64,000 nucleotides of DNA. It comes from Eledone cirrhosa. Taxonomy: Eukaryota. Each line of letters begins with the position of its first letter. The first letter of the stretch is position 1. Under the pieces are notes generated by a model. That model worked only from the letters and a program-made list of their open reading frames with translations. It searched no databases and was not told where the DNA came from. This document shows positions 22,552 to 34,392 of this stretch, piece by piece. The stretch spans positions 42,656,001 to 42,720,000 of the forward strand of contig OZ024755.1 in NCBI GenBank assembly GCA_964016885.1, read 5' to 3'. A program made the position numbers and the translations under genes.

Positions 22552-23607
22552 GGTTTTGCCAAGAATACACACAATACTAATATTGTAAACTAAACACTGT
22601 CAAATGTGTATTTCCTACAACTAGTCCTTGGTAGAACCTGAAACAAAGAAGAAAAAAAAGAAAATATAAAACAAAATTTAATTATACACAAAAGGAAAAC
22701 AATTGTTCAAATAACAATATTTAATAAATAAGTTTCAGAAAGCTGGCAAAATGTGGAAGAAATATATAAAACAAAAACAAAGTAATGTTTTACTCAGTAT
22801 ATTTCAATATGATATTTCAGGGTTATAACCCTTTTGTCAAATATGTATCTCTGCAGGTTTTAACTGAGACTGCAAGAAATATGTTAACGAGGGGGCAGCC
22901 ATCATATACGTATGTAGATAGACACATACATAGAAATGCACAAAATTCTGCCCGCAGTGTATGTATGATCCCGTAACTATTGGAGAGTCATAGGGTCGCC
23001 GTATCGACATACAGTGTTTCTTGGACATTTTTTAAAACCTGGCAGAACCAATCTCCTTATCTAAACAAATACACAAGAATATATAAACAGAAAACTTGCC
23101 AGGATTCTTGTAACTAACTGTATTCCTGCTGTTGAATCTTGGAATCCCTTTTTGCTATTGCTGCACTTTTACTTCCTTTCACACTAGTTATTATAAAAAT
23201 AAACGTTTGCTTGTTAAGTGTGAAAATAGAACTAACAAAACGAGTGTGCCTTATATAAGAAACTATTTGTGGTTATTATATCATGTTTTTTTTATATAAT
23301 TAGCGAACTATAGGCGAAAAACGAGAGCAAGAGAAATGTAATTGTATAACTGTTTATAAATATATATTGATCAAACACGTCTGATATATTGATTTATTTA
23401 CACGAAACCACCAACCTAACAGAGAAAATCAGTTGATAATATATATATATATATAGAGAGAGAGAGGGGGGGGGGGGGCTGAAGTAATTATTTTAACTAC
23501 AAATATGACTTTATATAGTAATACTTTGAACTCCGAACTGGAAAGAACAGATAATTAGTGTTAGTCCGTCAAGTTAAAGCTTCTATCGACAACAACCAGC
23601 TGTATAA

Positions 23608-23718
23608 TAATTGTTTCTACTTTTGGCACAAGGCCAGCTATATACCCAGTGCATTACTGGTACTTTATTTTATCGACCCTGTAAGGATGAAAGGCAAAGT
23701 TAACCTCGGCGGGATTTA
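23608..23718 (-). mobile_element. SINE family A, 5'-truncated
   Basis: Reverse complement of the family A 3' half. Confidence 0.85.
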
Positions 23719-23973
23719 GATCGATAACTGCCCTTCTGCCTAGATTAGCAGTGAGTTGACAGAATGGTTAGAAGCATAGGACAACATGCTTTGTAATATT
23801 TATCTCTGTTATTTACGGCCTGAGTTCAAATCCCACTAAGGCAGAGTTGACCTGAGTGGGATTTGAACTCAGGCCGTAAATAACAGAGATAAATATTACA
23901 AAGCATGTTGTCCTATGCTTCTAACCATTCTGTCAACTCACTGCTAATCTAGGCAGAAGGGCAGTTATCGATC
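23719..23973. repeat. Perfect inverted repeat with 119-bp arms and a 17-nt spacer
   Basis: 23719-23837 is the reverse complement of 23855-23973; the arm contains a SINE head (B-box GAGTTCAAATCC). Confidence 0.93.
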
Positions 23974-24124
23974 CCCGAAGGAAAAGCTGACCTTGACAGG
24001 ATTTCAGAACCCTGATTGGGAACTCCAAGTTTCTAATAATATAAATTAGTTTTTGTTTGTTTTATTTTCAGAAACCAAACTACAATAACATCATTATGTG
24101 AGATGTATTTACATATTAAGAATA

Positions 24125-24525
24125 ATATAACAAATATGTTTTAAATATATACATAAATAACATAACAAATATGTTTTAAATATATACATAAATAACATAA
24201 CAAATATGTTTTAAATATATACATAAATATGTTTTAAATATATACATAAATAACATAACAAATAACATAAATTGCTCACGAATCTTTCAGAAGTGTGAAA
24301 ATAGAATAGTATTGTATATATGTTCTGTTAATATAATATTGTATATATGTTATGTTAATATAATATAGTATTGTATATATGTTATGTTAATATAAAATTG
24401 TATATATGTTATGTTAATATAATATAGTATTGTATATATGTTATGTTAATATAATATAATATTGTATATATGTTATGTTAATATATATATAGTATTATAT
24501 ATATATGTTATGTTAATATATATAA
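24125..24525. repeat. Two AT-rich minisatellite blocks in opposite orientation
   Basis: (AACATAACAAATATGTTTTAAATATATACATAAAT)n at 24125-24270 and (ATTGTATATATGTTATGTTAATATAAT)n at 24305-24525. Confidence 0.75.
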
Positions 24526-25239
24526 AAAAGTTAAGTGACTTCGAAGCTTCAGGTTTACACTATTTTCCTTGAAAAAATAAAGTTTATCATTCATTAAAAA
24601 AATTCAGACTTGTCATTCTATTTGTTTCCATGCATTTAACTTCGTTTATGTAATAATTAAGCCTTAATTATTATTTTTCTCATAAATAAGGTCAGTCGCA
24701 CGATAATATATATTACAGACTCAACCGAAACCATCCCAAAAGAATGTGGAGTTTTAAACATTTTCTTGTATAGTTTATAGTATAAACTATACCAGCTTGG
24801 CTTAATGGAAAGTATAAAGTTTCCACGAAGCTAAGGTGTGTAGGAAATAGGGTTAAATCAATACCAGATGCCACATTCTCCTATATAACAGCTTCTTTCT
24901 TTTTGTCATTTTCACGAAAGGAATAACTAATATTTCTTCGCTAAACTTAAAGTAACATTTGTGAATTACATAAATTTGGAAATATGTTATAAACAATACA
25001 TAAAAGCCGAGCAGAGACATGGATCGATTCCCACACATGTGCCTCTCAACATTTCCCCCGTCTCTAGTCGTAATTTACCCAACTTATTGAACTATTATTT
25101 ATAGTTATCTGTTTTGTGGATAACATATGTTTGAAATTTCTCCAATGCTCCGTAAATTAACGATATATGTATGTGTGTGTATATATATATCAAACTAGGA
25201 ATGTATGTGTGTGTATATATATATATATCAAACTAGGAA

Positions 25240-26471
25240 TGTAATTAGGTTAAAACAATATTAAACATGTCAGAACATTGTCACTGGGTGTTTACCTTGC
25301 TATTAGTCACTTGCAGTCAGTTATGCGCGGACTATTGTACAGTATTGACACTCTTTAAAAAACCTCTTTTTGGAACAATGGAAAATAGTTATTTTGAGAT
25401 AAGATCGAATATGGAAAGGGACACAGATTATGGAGGTTTTAATTAAAGTTTACGGTACTACTCCTCCAAAGAAAACTGCTGTCTACAAGTGGATTCAGCG
25501 ATTCAAACAAGGGAGAGATGACCATCGCAGTGGAAGACCAGGAACATCAAAAAATGACCAAAACGTTGAGGCTGCACAGACTTTAATTGAAGAAGATAGA
25601 AGAATAACAGTTAATCAGTTAGCTAAGTCCCTAGACATTTCATATGGTTCGGCAAATTCAATTCTGCATGAGAATTTGGGACTAAGCAAGCTTTCAGCGC
25701 GATGGGTCCCAAAAGCGTTGCGCCCTGATCAGCTGATTCTTCGAAGTGATCTGTCTTTGGCGATATTAAACAAAATTGAAGTTGATGAAGAGCATTTCCT
25801 GACCAGAATCATCACCGGAGATGAAACCTGGATCTACCAGTATGATCCTGAATCCAAACAGCAGTCAAAACAGTGGCTTCCACGTGGATCATCGGGGCCA
25901 ATCAAGTTCAAATCTCAAAAGTCGGATCAAAAAGTGATGGCCACCATTTTCTGGGATTCAGATGGGGGTGATACTAATAGATTATCTTGACAGGATTATC
26001 TGTGACAGGAGCTTACTATGCAAATGTTTTAAGGAAGCTGAAAGAAGCATTAGTCAAGAAACGAAAAGGGAAACTTCATGGTGGGATCTTGTTTGACCAT
26101 GACAATGCACCAGCGCATTCTGCACGGGTTGCAAAAGAAGTTCTTTGAGAATTTGGATGGGAAGTGCTTCCTCACCCGCCTTATAGTCCATATTTAGCCC
26201 CATCAGACTTTTCCTCTCTCCAAAACTCAAAGAAATGCTAAAAGGGACCCGTTTTAGTGGTGTTGAAGAAGCTAAAAACACTGCCAACACATGGCTTCGA
26301 ACAAGGCCTTCAACTTTCTTTAGAGACGGCTTACGAAGCTGGAAGCATCGCCTTGTTGAGTGTATTGACCTGGATGGCAACTATGTAGAAAAATAAATTG
26401 AAGGTAAATCATATTTTTTGAAAAATAGAATATTTTCTGAAAAATTCCGCGAACTTTTTTATCCCCCCTCG
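25240..26471 (+). mobile_element. Mariner (D,D34D) transposon, inactivated
   Basis: HTH VYKWIQRFK..RSGRP, WVPKAL, TGDETW, HDNAPAH-(34 aa)-YSPYLAPSDF, with frameshifts and a stop. The right TIR ...GAACTTTTTTATCCCCCCTCG|TA is present; no left TIR was found. Confidence 0.9.
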
Positions 26472-26472
26472 T

Positions 26473-27019
26473 AAAAGAAGGCATGCACAGTAGTAGAAGT
26501 TAGCTGCCCAGCAGGTGCCAATATAATATCAAAGATTAAGCGAAAAGGAGGATATTTATGCAGAACTGATGAGAAATCTGCAGATACTCCACCCTGATTA
26601 TACCTTCAGATTTATGCCTGTACTTATTGGGACACTGGGGTATGTTAGTAACTGCCCCAATACAAATCTTGAGAAGCTGGGCTTCACAGAAATAGAAAGA
26701 ACACGACTAGTTAGGAAATTACAAGTACAATCTATTAATGGAACAGTAAAAATATGTAAAACGTTCCAAAATTTCTGCATCTAATAACTGCATATACACT
26801 TGTACAGATACAAAGCATATACACATGCACACATACAACTCAAAACATACACATCCACACATACAATAACATCCATACCTGCACACACATGCATGTAGAC
26901 ATGCAGACATATCTACCAAGTTAATGTGTAAATTTCAATGAGACAGTCTTGTGTCTATGTTAGAAACTGACTCTCCCTCTATTGGTAAACATTTATAAAA
27001 TTATAAAACCAGAAGAACA
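26473..27019 (+). mobile_element. 5'-truncated copy of the R4-like LINE at 27638-30090
   Basis: Aligns to 29556-30090 (MRNLQILH...VKICKTFQK/N) with the same 3' end CCAGAAGAAC followed by (ATAC)n. Confidence 0.9.
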
Positions 27020-27637
27020 TACATACATACACACACACATGACGGCTGCCCCCTCGTTATCGAGTATGGCCATTGCATGATATAACATTTTTAATAATTA
27101 TTAATTAATGCTATTGTGTAATTCCTGCGCATGAAGATATTTTTTAAAGTAAGGAAAAACCGTGCACTGAGCCAATCCCGCTCTCTGAGTGACAGTAGCT
27201 ATAACCCGAAAAGAAGAAAAGATCAACATCATCGGTAACTACTGAGCTGCAGGTTTTGTGTCGGAGTTATCCCAGTTTCTTGAGTTGCCTTCTCTTAGAA
27301 GAATGCCCTGACAAAGGCTAGGGGTCCTGCGCGATCTGGTATCCAGCCCGATTATTTTTATGTCCCCACGTATATATATATATATATATACATATATACA
27401 CATCCATACATGTATATACATGTTTACATATTTCTGGATGGCCGTTGACTCTTATGAGTTCTTTCGGCCTTTGTCAAGTTTTGTTTTTTGTTCTGCAGGG
27501 TGTCCAAAATCACCCTCCTCACCAAGTAAACTTGGTGGGGTTGCCGGTTTAGTCGCCGACAACCCAACCATGACGCAGGTTATACTGGGTTATGTTACCA
27601 GTAGTACTTAAGAGTGGCCCGACACATACATACATAG

Positions 27638-30090
27638 ATAAGAAAACACCAGGAAGAGACATGATTGTCGGCTACTGGTACAAAAAACTGATATTCTATC
27701 GGAGGTATCTTACTGACCTCTACTAACAAGTTCTTAAGGGAGATACACTTATACCAGAATGGTTGACATTAGCACAAACATTATTGGTCCCTAAGAACAA
27801 AGACACCCACTTGGCAAAAAACTACCGACCCATTGCATGCCAGAACCTGACGTATAAGATGTATACAGCCTGCCTGAACCTATTCCTCCAAGATTACTGT
27901 GAAAATAATAACATCATCACAGATGAACAAGCAGCTGGAAAGAAAGGGGTTTGGGGATGTGCTGAACAACTCCTAATCAACAAAACTGCGATGTCAGAGG
28001 TGCGACAACTTAGGAGGAATATGGCTACAGTCTGGCTGGACTACAGGAAAGCTTTCAATTCTGTTCCCCACTCTTGGATGATAGAGGCCCTCCAACTTGC
28101 TAAAGTCCGACATTATTGTCAGAGCCATAGAGAGGCTGTCTTCTTCTTGGGCTACTATCCTAAGGTTAAAGACAGAGAGGGAGGATTTTATTTTCACTGA
28201 TAAAATAAAATATTGCAGGGGTATATTTCAGGGGGACAGTCTCTCTGTGATATTATTCATCTTGTCATTAAACCCCTTGTCCTTTCTGTTCAAGAAATGT
28301 GAGGGATACATCATTGGCTCACAGGAGGACAGAAATACGAACCTAACCCATAATTTCTTTGTGGACGATCTGAAACTCTATGCCAAGAACATGGATGGGA
28401 TGAAGAAAAATCTTGACCTGGTTACAACGTTCTCAAAGGATATAGGAATGGAGTTTGGCCAAGATAAATGCTCATACATGACTGTAAAGCGGGGAAAAAC
28501 AACAATCCAATCTAGCAACATTGTCATCAATGGCCTAACTGTTTCACCGATATCTGATGACTGCTACATAAAGAATGTAATAAAGAATGCGTAACCAGGG
28601 AATACTACACCCGATTAAGAAAGATCTCTGCGCAAAACAAAACAGTGGCTCACAATGTGTTTGCTCTGTCTGTCCTAACACCAACGTTTGGAATACTCAA
28701 TTGGACGATAGACGAAATCCGAACAGTTGATGTTGGAACTCGAAAAATACTAAACAACACCGGAAACTTCCACATCAACAGTGACATAGACCGCCTTTAC
28801 TTGAAACGTAAGCAGGGAGGCAAAGGCCTAACATCAGTCCAGACAACATTTGAATGTTGCATCATATCTCTCCGACAACATATACGAACCTCGAAGCGTA
28901 AGAGCCCGTTTCTTGAACAAGTCTATCTGCATGAAACAGATAAGATCATGGGAGTTGGGAAGGAACTCCTCGAGAGATATTCCCTGCATGATAATCAAAA
29001 ACTCACAACCAGGGAAGTCGCTCAGCAGTATCGCAGTGAATCCATGGATGAAAAACTGCCTGCTTATCAGCAAAAAATCATGCATGGATATGTTGCCAGG
29101 AAGCTCCAGAGTGAGAGGAATATAGATAAGTAGTCTATCTTGGACCAACAACCGCTATATTGGCTCCCACTTTGAAGGATACGCTTTTGCAATCCAAGAA
29201 CAGATTAATACGAAATACCTGATTCACAAAAGAGATAGGAATGCAGGCAAAACACCTAGATGTGATAACAAGTGCAGACTCTGCAGAACTAACATCGAGG
29301 ATATCACCCATGTCATCAGCAGCTGTCCGAAGATGTCATCGCGGTACTATCTACCTATGAGGCATGATGTAGTGGCCAAAACACTGTACAATGCAGTTCG
29401 TAAAAAAGATAGCCCCGATAATAAACACATTAAAAGCTACAGGAATGTGGAAGACATCCATGTACATAATATGAAAGAGTACTGGTGGAATGTTCCAGTA
29501 AAAACCCCAATGAAATGCAGGCATAACAGACCAGATATTATGATATGGGACAGGGAAAAGAAAGCATGCACAGTAATGGAAATTAGCTGCCCAGCAGATG
29601 CCAATATAATATCAAAGATTAGCGAAAAGGAGAATATTTATGCAGAACTGATGAGAAATCTGCAGATACTCCACTCTGATTACACCTTCAGATTTATGCT
29701 TGTGATTATTGGGGCACTGGGGTATGTTAGTAACTGCCTCAATACAAATCTTGAGAAGCTAAGCTTCACAGGAACAGAAAGAACACAACTAGTTAGGAAA
29801 TTACAAGTACAATCTATTAATGGAACAGTAAAAATATGTAAAACATTCCAAAAATGTTGCATCTAATAACTGCATATACACATGTACAGATGCAAAGCAT
29901 ATACACATGCACACATACAACTCAAAACATACACATCCATACATACAATAACATCCATATCTACACATGCATACATAATCTACCTAGTTGATGTGTAAAT
30001 TCCAATGAGAGAGTATTGTGTCTATGTTAGAAACCGACTCTCTCTCTCTTGGTAAAAAAAAAATTTGTGAAATTATAAAACCAGAAGAAC
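27638..30090 (+). mobile_element. RLE-type non-LTR retrotransposon (R4/Dong-like), 5'-truncated and frameshifted
   Basis: RT motifs NYRPIAC, WLDYRKAFNSVPH, GIFQGDSLS and FVDDLKLY; CCHC finger CRLC..EDITHVISSC; RHD; restriction-like endonuclease RPDIMIWD...EISCP...EK. Confidence 0.9.
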
Positions 30091-30295
30091 ATACATACGT
30101 ACATACATACATACATACATACATACATTGTTAATTTACACACACACATGTACATACAAGGTTGTACGCAAAGTTTGAACTTTCGAAGGGCTGAGAGATT
30201 GTGAGTAAAGACCCTTTATAGACGAAATGAGAAACCAGCGGTCACCATGAAGAATCAAACTCCTTATCTGAGTCTTTATCGTCTATAAGATAATT

Positions 30296-30462
30296 AGGTG
30301 CATGGCTTAGTGATTAGAGCATTGGGCTTGCAATCGAAAGTTTGTGAGTTCAATTCTCGGACCGGGTGATGTGTTGTTTCCTTGAGCAAGACACTTTATT
30401 TCACGTTGCTCCAGTTTACTCAGCTGTAGAAATGAGATGATAGGACTGGGGTCCCTATCATT
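30296..30462 (+). mobile_element. SINE family B, 3'-truncated
   Basis: Matches 2592-2758. Confidence 0.85.
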
Positions 30463-31014
30463 AAGTTACCCAAGACACCTCCAACAAGATATACCTTGGA
30501 GGAGGCCAGCTAAACCTGCATAGCTGTCACACACACACGTTAGATAATATATATATTACTACTTAATCAAGAAGAGAAAAGCAGTTCTCATGACACTTTA
30601 GTTTTTCAGAACCCCTACGTGTAGTGGGAGGGAATTATTGCCAACCTAGAAAATTGCTTGCAAGACTGAACTCTGCTAAGTACTGAAGGGTCAGGTAGTG
30701 ATGTTAAACGGGTGGCGGACTAAGTAAGTATGTAAAGAGACAGAACAAATACCACAAGGTATCTTACCCGCTGCTTTAACAGTTCCGCCAATATACCCTC
30801 CTGGCTTGGTACTTTTTACACACACACATGCAAAAACAAAGTATTGTTAGATTCATGCTTGGGAAGAAGTAAATACAGGTTTCAAAGTATCAGACATAAG
30901 TCCTTCTTCAGGAAATAACAAAGTTCAGAGAAGCAGAGAAAGTTAGAACAACGGAATTTGGAAGGTTGGGGGAAAAATATATATGCATATATATGTTTGT
31001 GTGTGTGTGTTGTG

Positions 31015-31206
31015 TAAATAGGGAACAAAGTATCAGTACTGCATCATATACATATCTAATTACTTGAGGAACGATCTAATTATGTTCGTTCCTGACTCTG
31101 GAACGAATATAATTCAATTGTTCCTCAAGCTGACCGACAGTGAAACACATGTAATATGTAATTAAATATGTATATGATGTAACTCTGATTCTTTGTTCCC
31201 TATTTA
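31015..31206. mobile_element. Foldback MITE
   Basis: TAAATAGGGAACAAAG...CTTTGTTCCCTATTTA termini; inner stem TTGAGGAAC..TTCGTTCC/GGAACGAA..GTTCCTCAA. Confidence 0.75.
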
Positions 31207-31439
31207 TTATTATTGATTCTCTGCTCCCCAAAAGCATTGAGTGCTCATTCCTTAGAATTTTCTCGGTAAGGTATCAATGTAATAATAAAAGATGTACAAA
31301 TAAAACCGTCTTTCTTATTCATGATATATATATATATATATTATATATATATGTAAACGATAAACAGAAATAACAACACAATCAGTACAGCATATGGAAG
31401 GGATATATTAGGTTAATGCTTGATATAGCAGGAAGAGGG

Positions 31440-31475
31440 TCTTAACATTTCGGACGCTAGTCCTTCATCAGAAGA
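31440..31475 (-). ncRNA. Minimal type I hammerhead ribozyme-like motif (Penelope-type)
   Basis: Minus strand TCTT-CTGATGA-A-GGAC-TAGC-GTCC-GAAA-TG-TT-AAGA gives the core, a 4-bp stem II and stem I TCTT/AAGA. Confidence 0.6.
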
Positions 31476-31576
31476 AAGAATGAGAAATAAGATAGAGGGG
31501 ATGGGCGGGATGGAATTGGAAAAATGTCATTAGATAAAAATAACAGGTCCATTCATGTTGACAACTCTTGATATAT

Positions 31577-32277
31577 AAACAAGAAGTGTAAGTCAACAGG
31601 TTAAAATAACTTTGTTTATTCATATTTGTTGCAATATATATTTCCACTATTCAACAGCTATGACCTCATCGGGCAGTAAGAACTTGAACAGAAAAAACAG
31701 GAAAATATAATGTTGGAATAGATTTTACCTTGTTAATTCATTGATATGTTCAGCTCCTGGGAGTGTTCCTATCAGGAATTGAAAACATATTATTTAGAAT
31801 AAACGAATTCTAGCGTCCAAAGGACATACCTTCAGCTCATTGGTCAGATATCATATCAACACCCCAAAAGTCTATTGAAATTCTTTGGTCAGTAGCAGGT
31901 CAATCATTATCACCCTGTTGTGGTGTGAGCAGGTCAATCAATATCCCTGTTGTGGTGTGAGCAGGTTAATCAATATCACCCTGTTGTGGTGTGAGCAGGT
32001 CAATCAATATCCCTGTTGTGGTGTGAGCAGGTTAATCAATATCACCCTGTTGTGGTGTGAGCAGGTCAATCAATATCCCTGTTGTGGTGTGAGCAGGTTA
32101 ATCAATATCACCCTGTTGTGGTGTGAGCAGGTTAATCAATATCCCTGTTGTGGTAGTAGTATTCAGGTTGTCAAGAATTTATGTAGGTAAACTGATATGG
32201 CTATCACTGAAATATATATTGCAGTGAATATCAATAAACAAAGCTAATTTTAACCTGTTGACTTACACTTCTTGTTT
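31577..32277. mobile_element. Non-autonomous DNA transposon with ~68-bp TIRs and an internal 32+34-bp tandem array
   Basis: AAACAAGAAGTGTAAGTCAACAGGTTAAAA...TTTTAACCTGTTGACTTACACTTCTTGTTT, imperfect further in; array at 31896-32155. Confidence 0.75.
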
Positions 32278-32488
32278 TTACATTACTCCGGATTAAATAG
32301 ACCAACCTGGGTACTTCGTTGGAATGTTCCTACCTGCATACTGAAGTGTCGGTAAACAACCAACACAAACTCAAAATTATATATAAATATATATATATAT
32401 ATAAGTTGACGGAACTAGCATAGGTATCACTACTAGGACTGGTTGCATCTCAGCGTATTCAATAGGTAATGTTAAATAAGCTCCCAGA

Positions 32489-32489
<1 letters not shown>

Positions 32490-32565
<76 letters not shown>

Positions 32566-32627
32566 TAATCATATATATATATATATATATCATATATATA
32601 TATATATCATATATAATCATATATATA
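32490..32627. repeat. (TA)n microsatellite
   Basis: Long TA run, directly visible. Confidence 0.95.
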
Positions 32628-33908
32628 CAGGGTGCGGACGATATTTGTTCGCAAGATTACTGTCTAGGAAGTAGTTTTATTTTTTAAGATATATTTATCA
32701 AACTTGGGTCAGTTTGTCTTCATGACTTGTTCTTTCGATCTCACTTAATAAACCCACCATTGGCTTTGATGATGGCCCCAAGGCTGCCTCGGAACCGGCT
32801 ACAGGCTTTCGCCACTGTCGCCCGACTTAGGCCCCTAAAGGCACTTGTGATCGTGGCCTTCAGATCGTCTTTCGTATTGCAGCTAGATCTGTTGGTGTCT
32901 CGTTCCACTGCGCCCCACACAAAGAAGTCGAGGAGGTTGCAGTCAGGCGAGCTGGGAGGCCAGATGTCGACGAAGTTCTCTGACAGCCAGGCTTGGGTCT
33001 TTCGGCTGGTATGGCAGGGCGCTGAGTCTTGCTGCCACACGTACGGCCTACCTGCAGCTACCTGGTCGATCCAGGGCTTTACTACCTCGCTCAGAACGTG
33101 GATGTAGCCATCGGTGTTCAGCTTGAGGCCCTCAGGGAAGAAGTGAGGTGGCATGACGTCACCTTGACAGCTGACGACACCTAAGACCAATGTTGTCGCT
33201 GGAAACTTTGTCTGTATGACTCTGGGCACGTCATTGGATGAGACAGCGAGCCACCTGTTGTTCTGGGAGTTGATCTTCTGGTCTTGGGAGAAGTTTTTCT
33301 CGTTGGAGAAAAACCACAGCATGTCTGGCTCCAGTGGGTGTTTCAACTTGTTGATCAGCTTCTTTGCGTGCTTCAGTCGCTTTTCTTACATCGCCTTTGA
33401 CAGAAATTGTCCTTTCCTCATCTTGTATGAAACGTAGCGAATGTCTTCATGTACCACCAGCCTAATGAGCTTTTCATCCACACCTTTCTCCTTTGCAATG
33501 GCACGCATCGACTTGCTAAGTTCATTGTTGATGATATCCTCAACTTCAGCAACGAACTCGGGCGTTCTGAAGGTGTCAGATCGTCGATCATGTGTTTTCC
33601 TCTCTGATGTTGCTTCGTAATCGAATCCTGAATCTTCCAATACCTTTCTGACCTTTTTCACCATTCTCCTGCTGACGCTGAGAAAGTCTGAAATTTCCTT
33701 ATTTGTCCTCCCGGCGCGGATTCCAAGAAGAACTCCGTGTCCCTTCCACAAATTTGGAGGTTCAAAATTATTCATAATCAATTATTCTGAAAATAAATAA
33801 TGGAAATATAGTTACTGTTTTTATGAAGACAAGAGTGACAACGGAAGTAAAAAAAATTGGCATAAAATTAGCAGTTGAAAATGGCGAACAAATATCATCC
33901 ACACCCTG
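32628..33908 (-). mobile_element. Tc1/mariner superfamily element, maT/DD37D-like, both TIRs present, transposase inactivated
   Basis: TA|CAGGGTGCGGACGATATTTGTTCGC...GCGAACAAATATCATCCACACCCTG|TA. ORFs 33781-33386 and 33346-32741 share a frame and are separated by one TAA. Motifs FSNEK, QQDSAPCH and WPPSSPDCNLLDF. Confidence 0.9.
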
Positions 33909-33924
33909 TATATATATATATCAT

Positions 33925-34278
33925 ATCATCATCATCATCATCATCATCATTTCATTTTCCGTCCACTTTTTCCCTGCTTGCAAGGGTGGGACGGGAACTG
34001 ATTCTGGCTTGATTTCTACAGCTGGATGCCCTTCCTAAACAAACCTCATTTACAGTGAGTGCTGGGTGCTTTTTTGCCATGGCACCTACACGTCCACTTT
34101 GCAGTGGAATGATAGAGACCCCAGTCCCTATCATCTCATTTCTACAGCTGAGTAAACTGGAGCAATGTGAAATAAAGTGTCTTGCTCAAGGAAACAACAC
34201 ATCACCCGGTCTGAGAATTGAACTCACAACCTATCGATTGCAAGGCCAATGCTCTAACCACTAAGCCACGTGCCTCCA
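33925..34278 (-). mobile_element. SINE family B, full length
   Basis: Reverse complement of 2589-2934 with a (GAT)n tail. Confidence 0.9.
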
Positions 34279-34392
34279 TTCTTCACTGGGAATAGCCGGC
34301 TGTGGTTGGAGTTCATGTACTTTTGCTAGGCCAATGCTCTAGCCACTAATTCATGTGCTATATATATATATATCATATATAAATATATATAA

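Noticed and set aside
22552-22572. ORF-track start at 22572
   Set aside because: It is a GTG; the ATG at 22551 has strong Kozak context.
31725-31890. Small minus-strand exon candidates with AG|GT signals
   Set aside because: They lie inside a TIR element and give no recognisable peptide or consistent frame.
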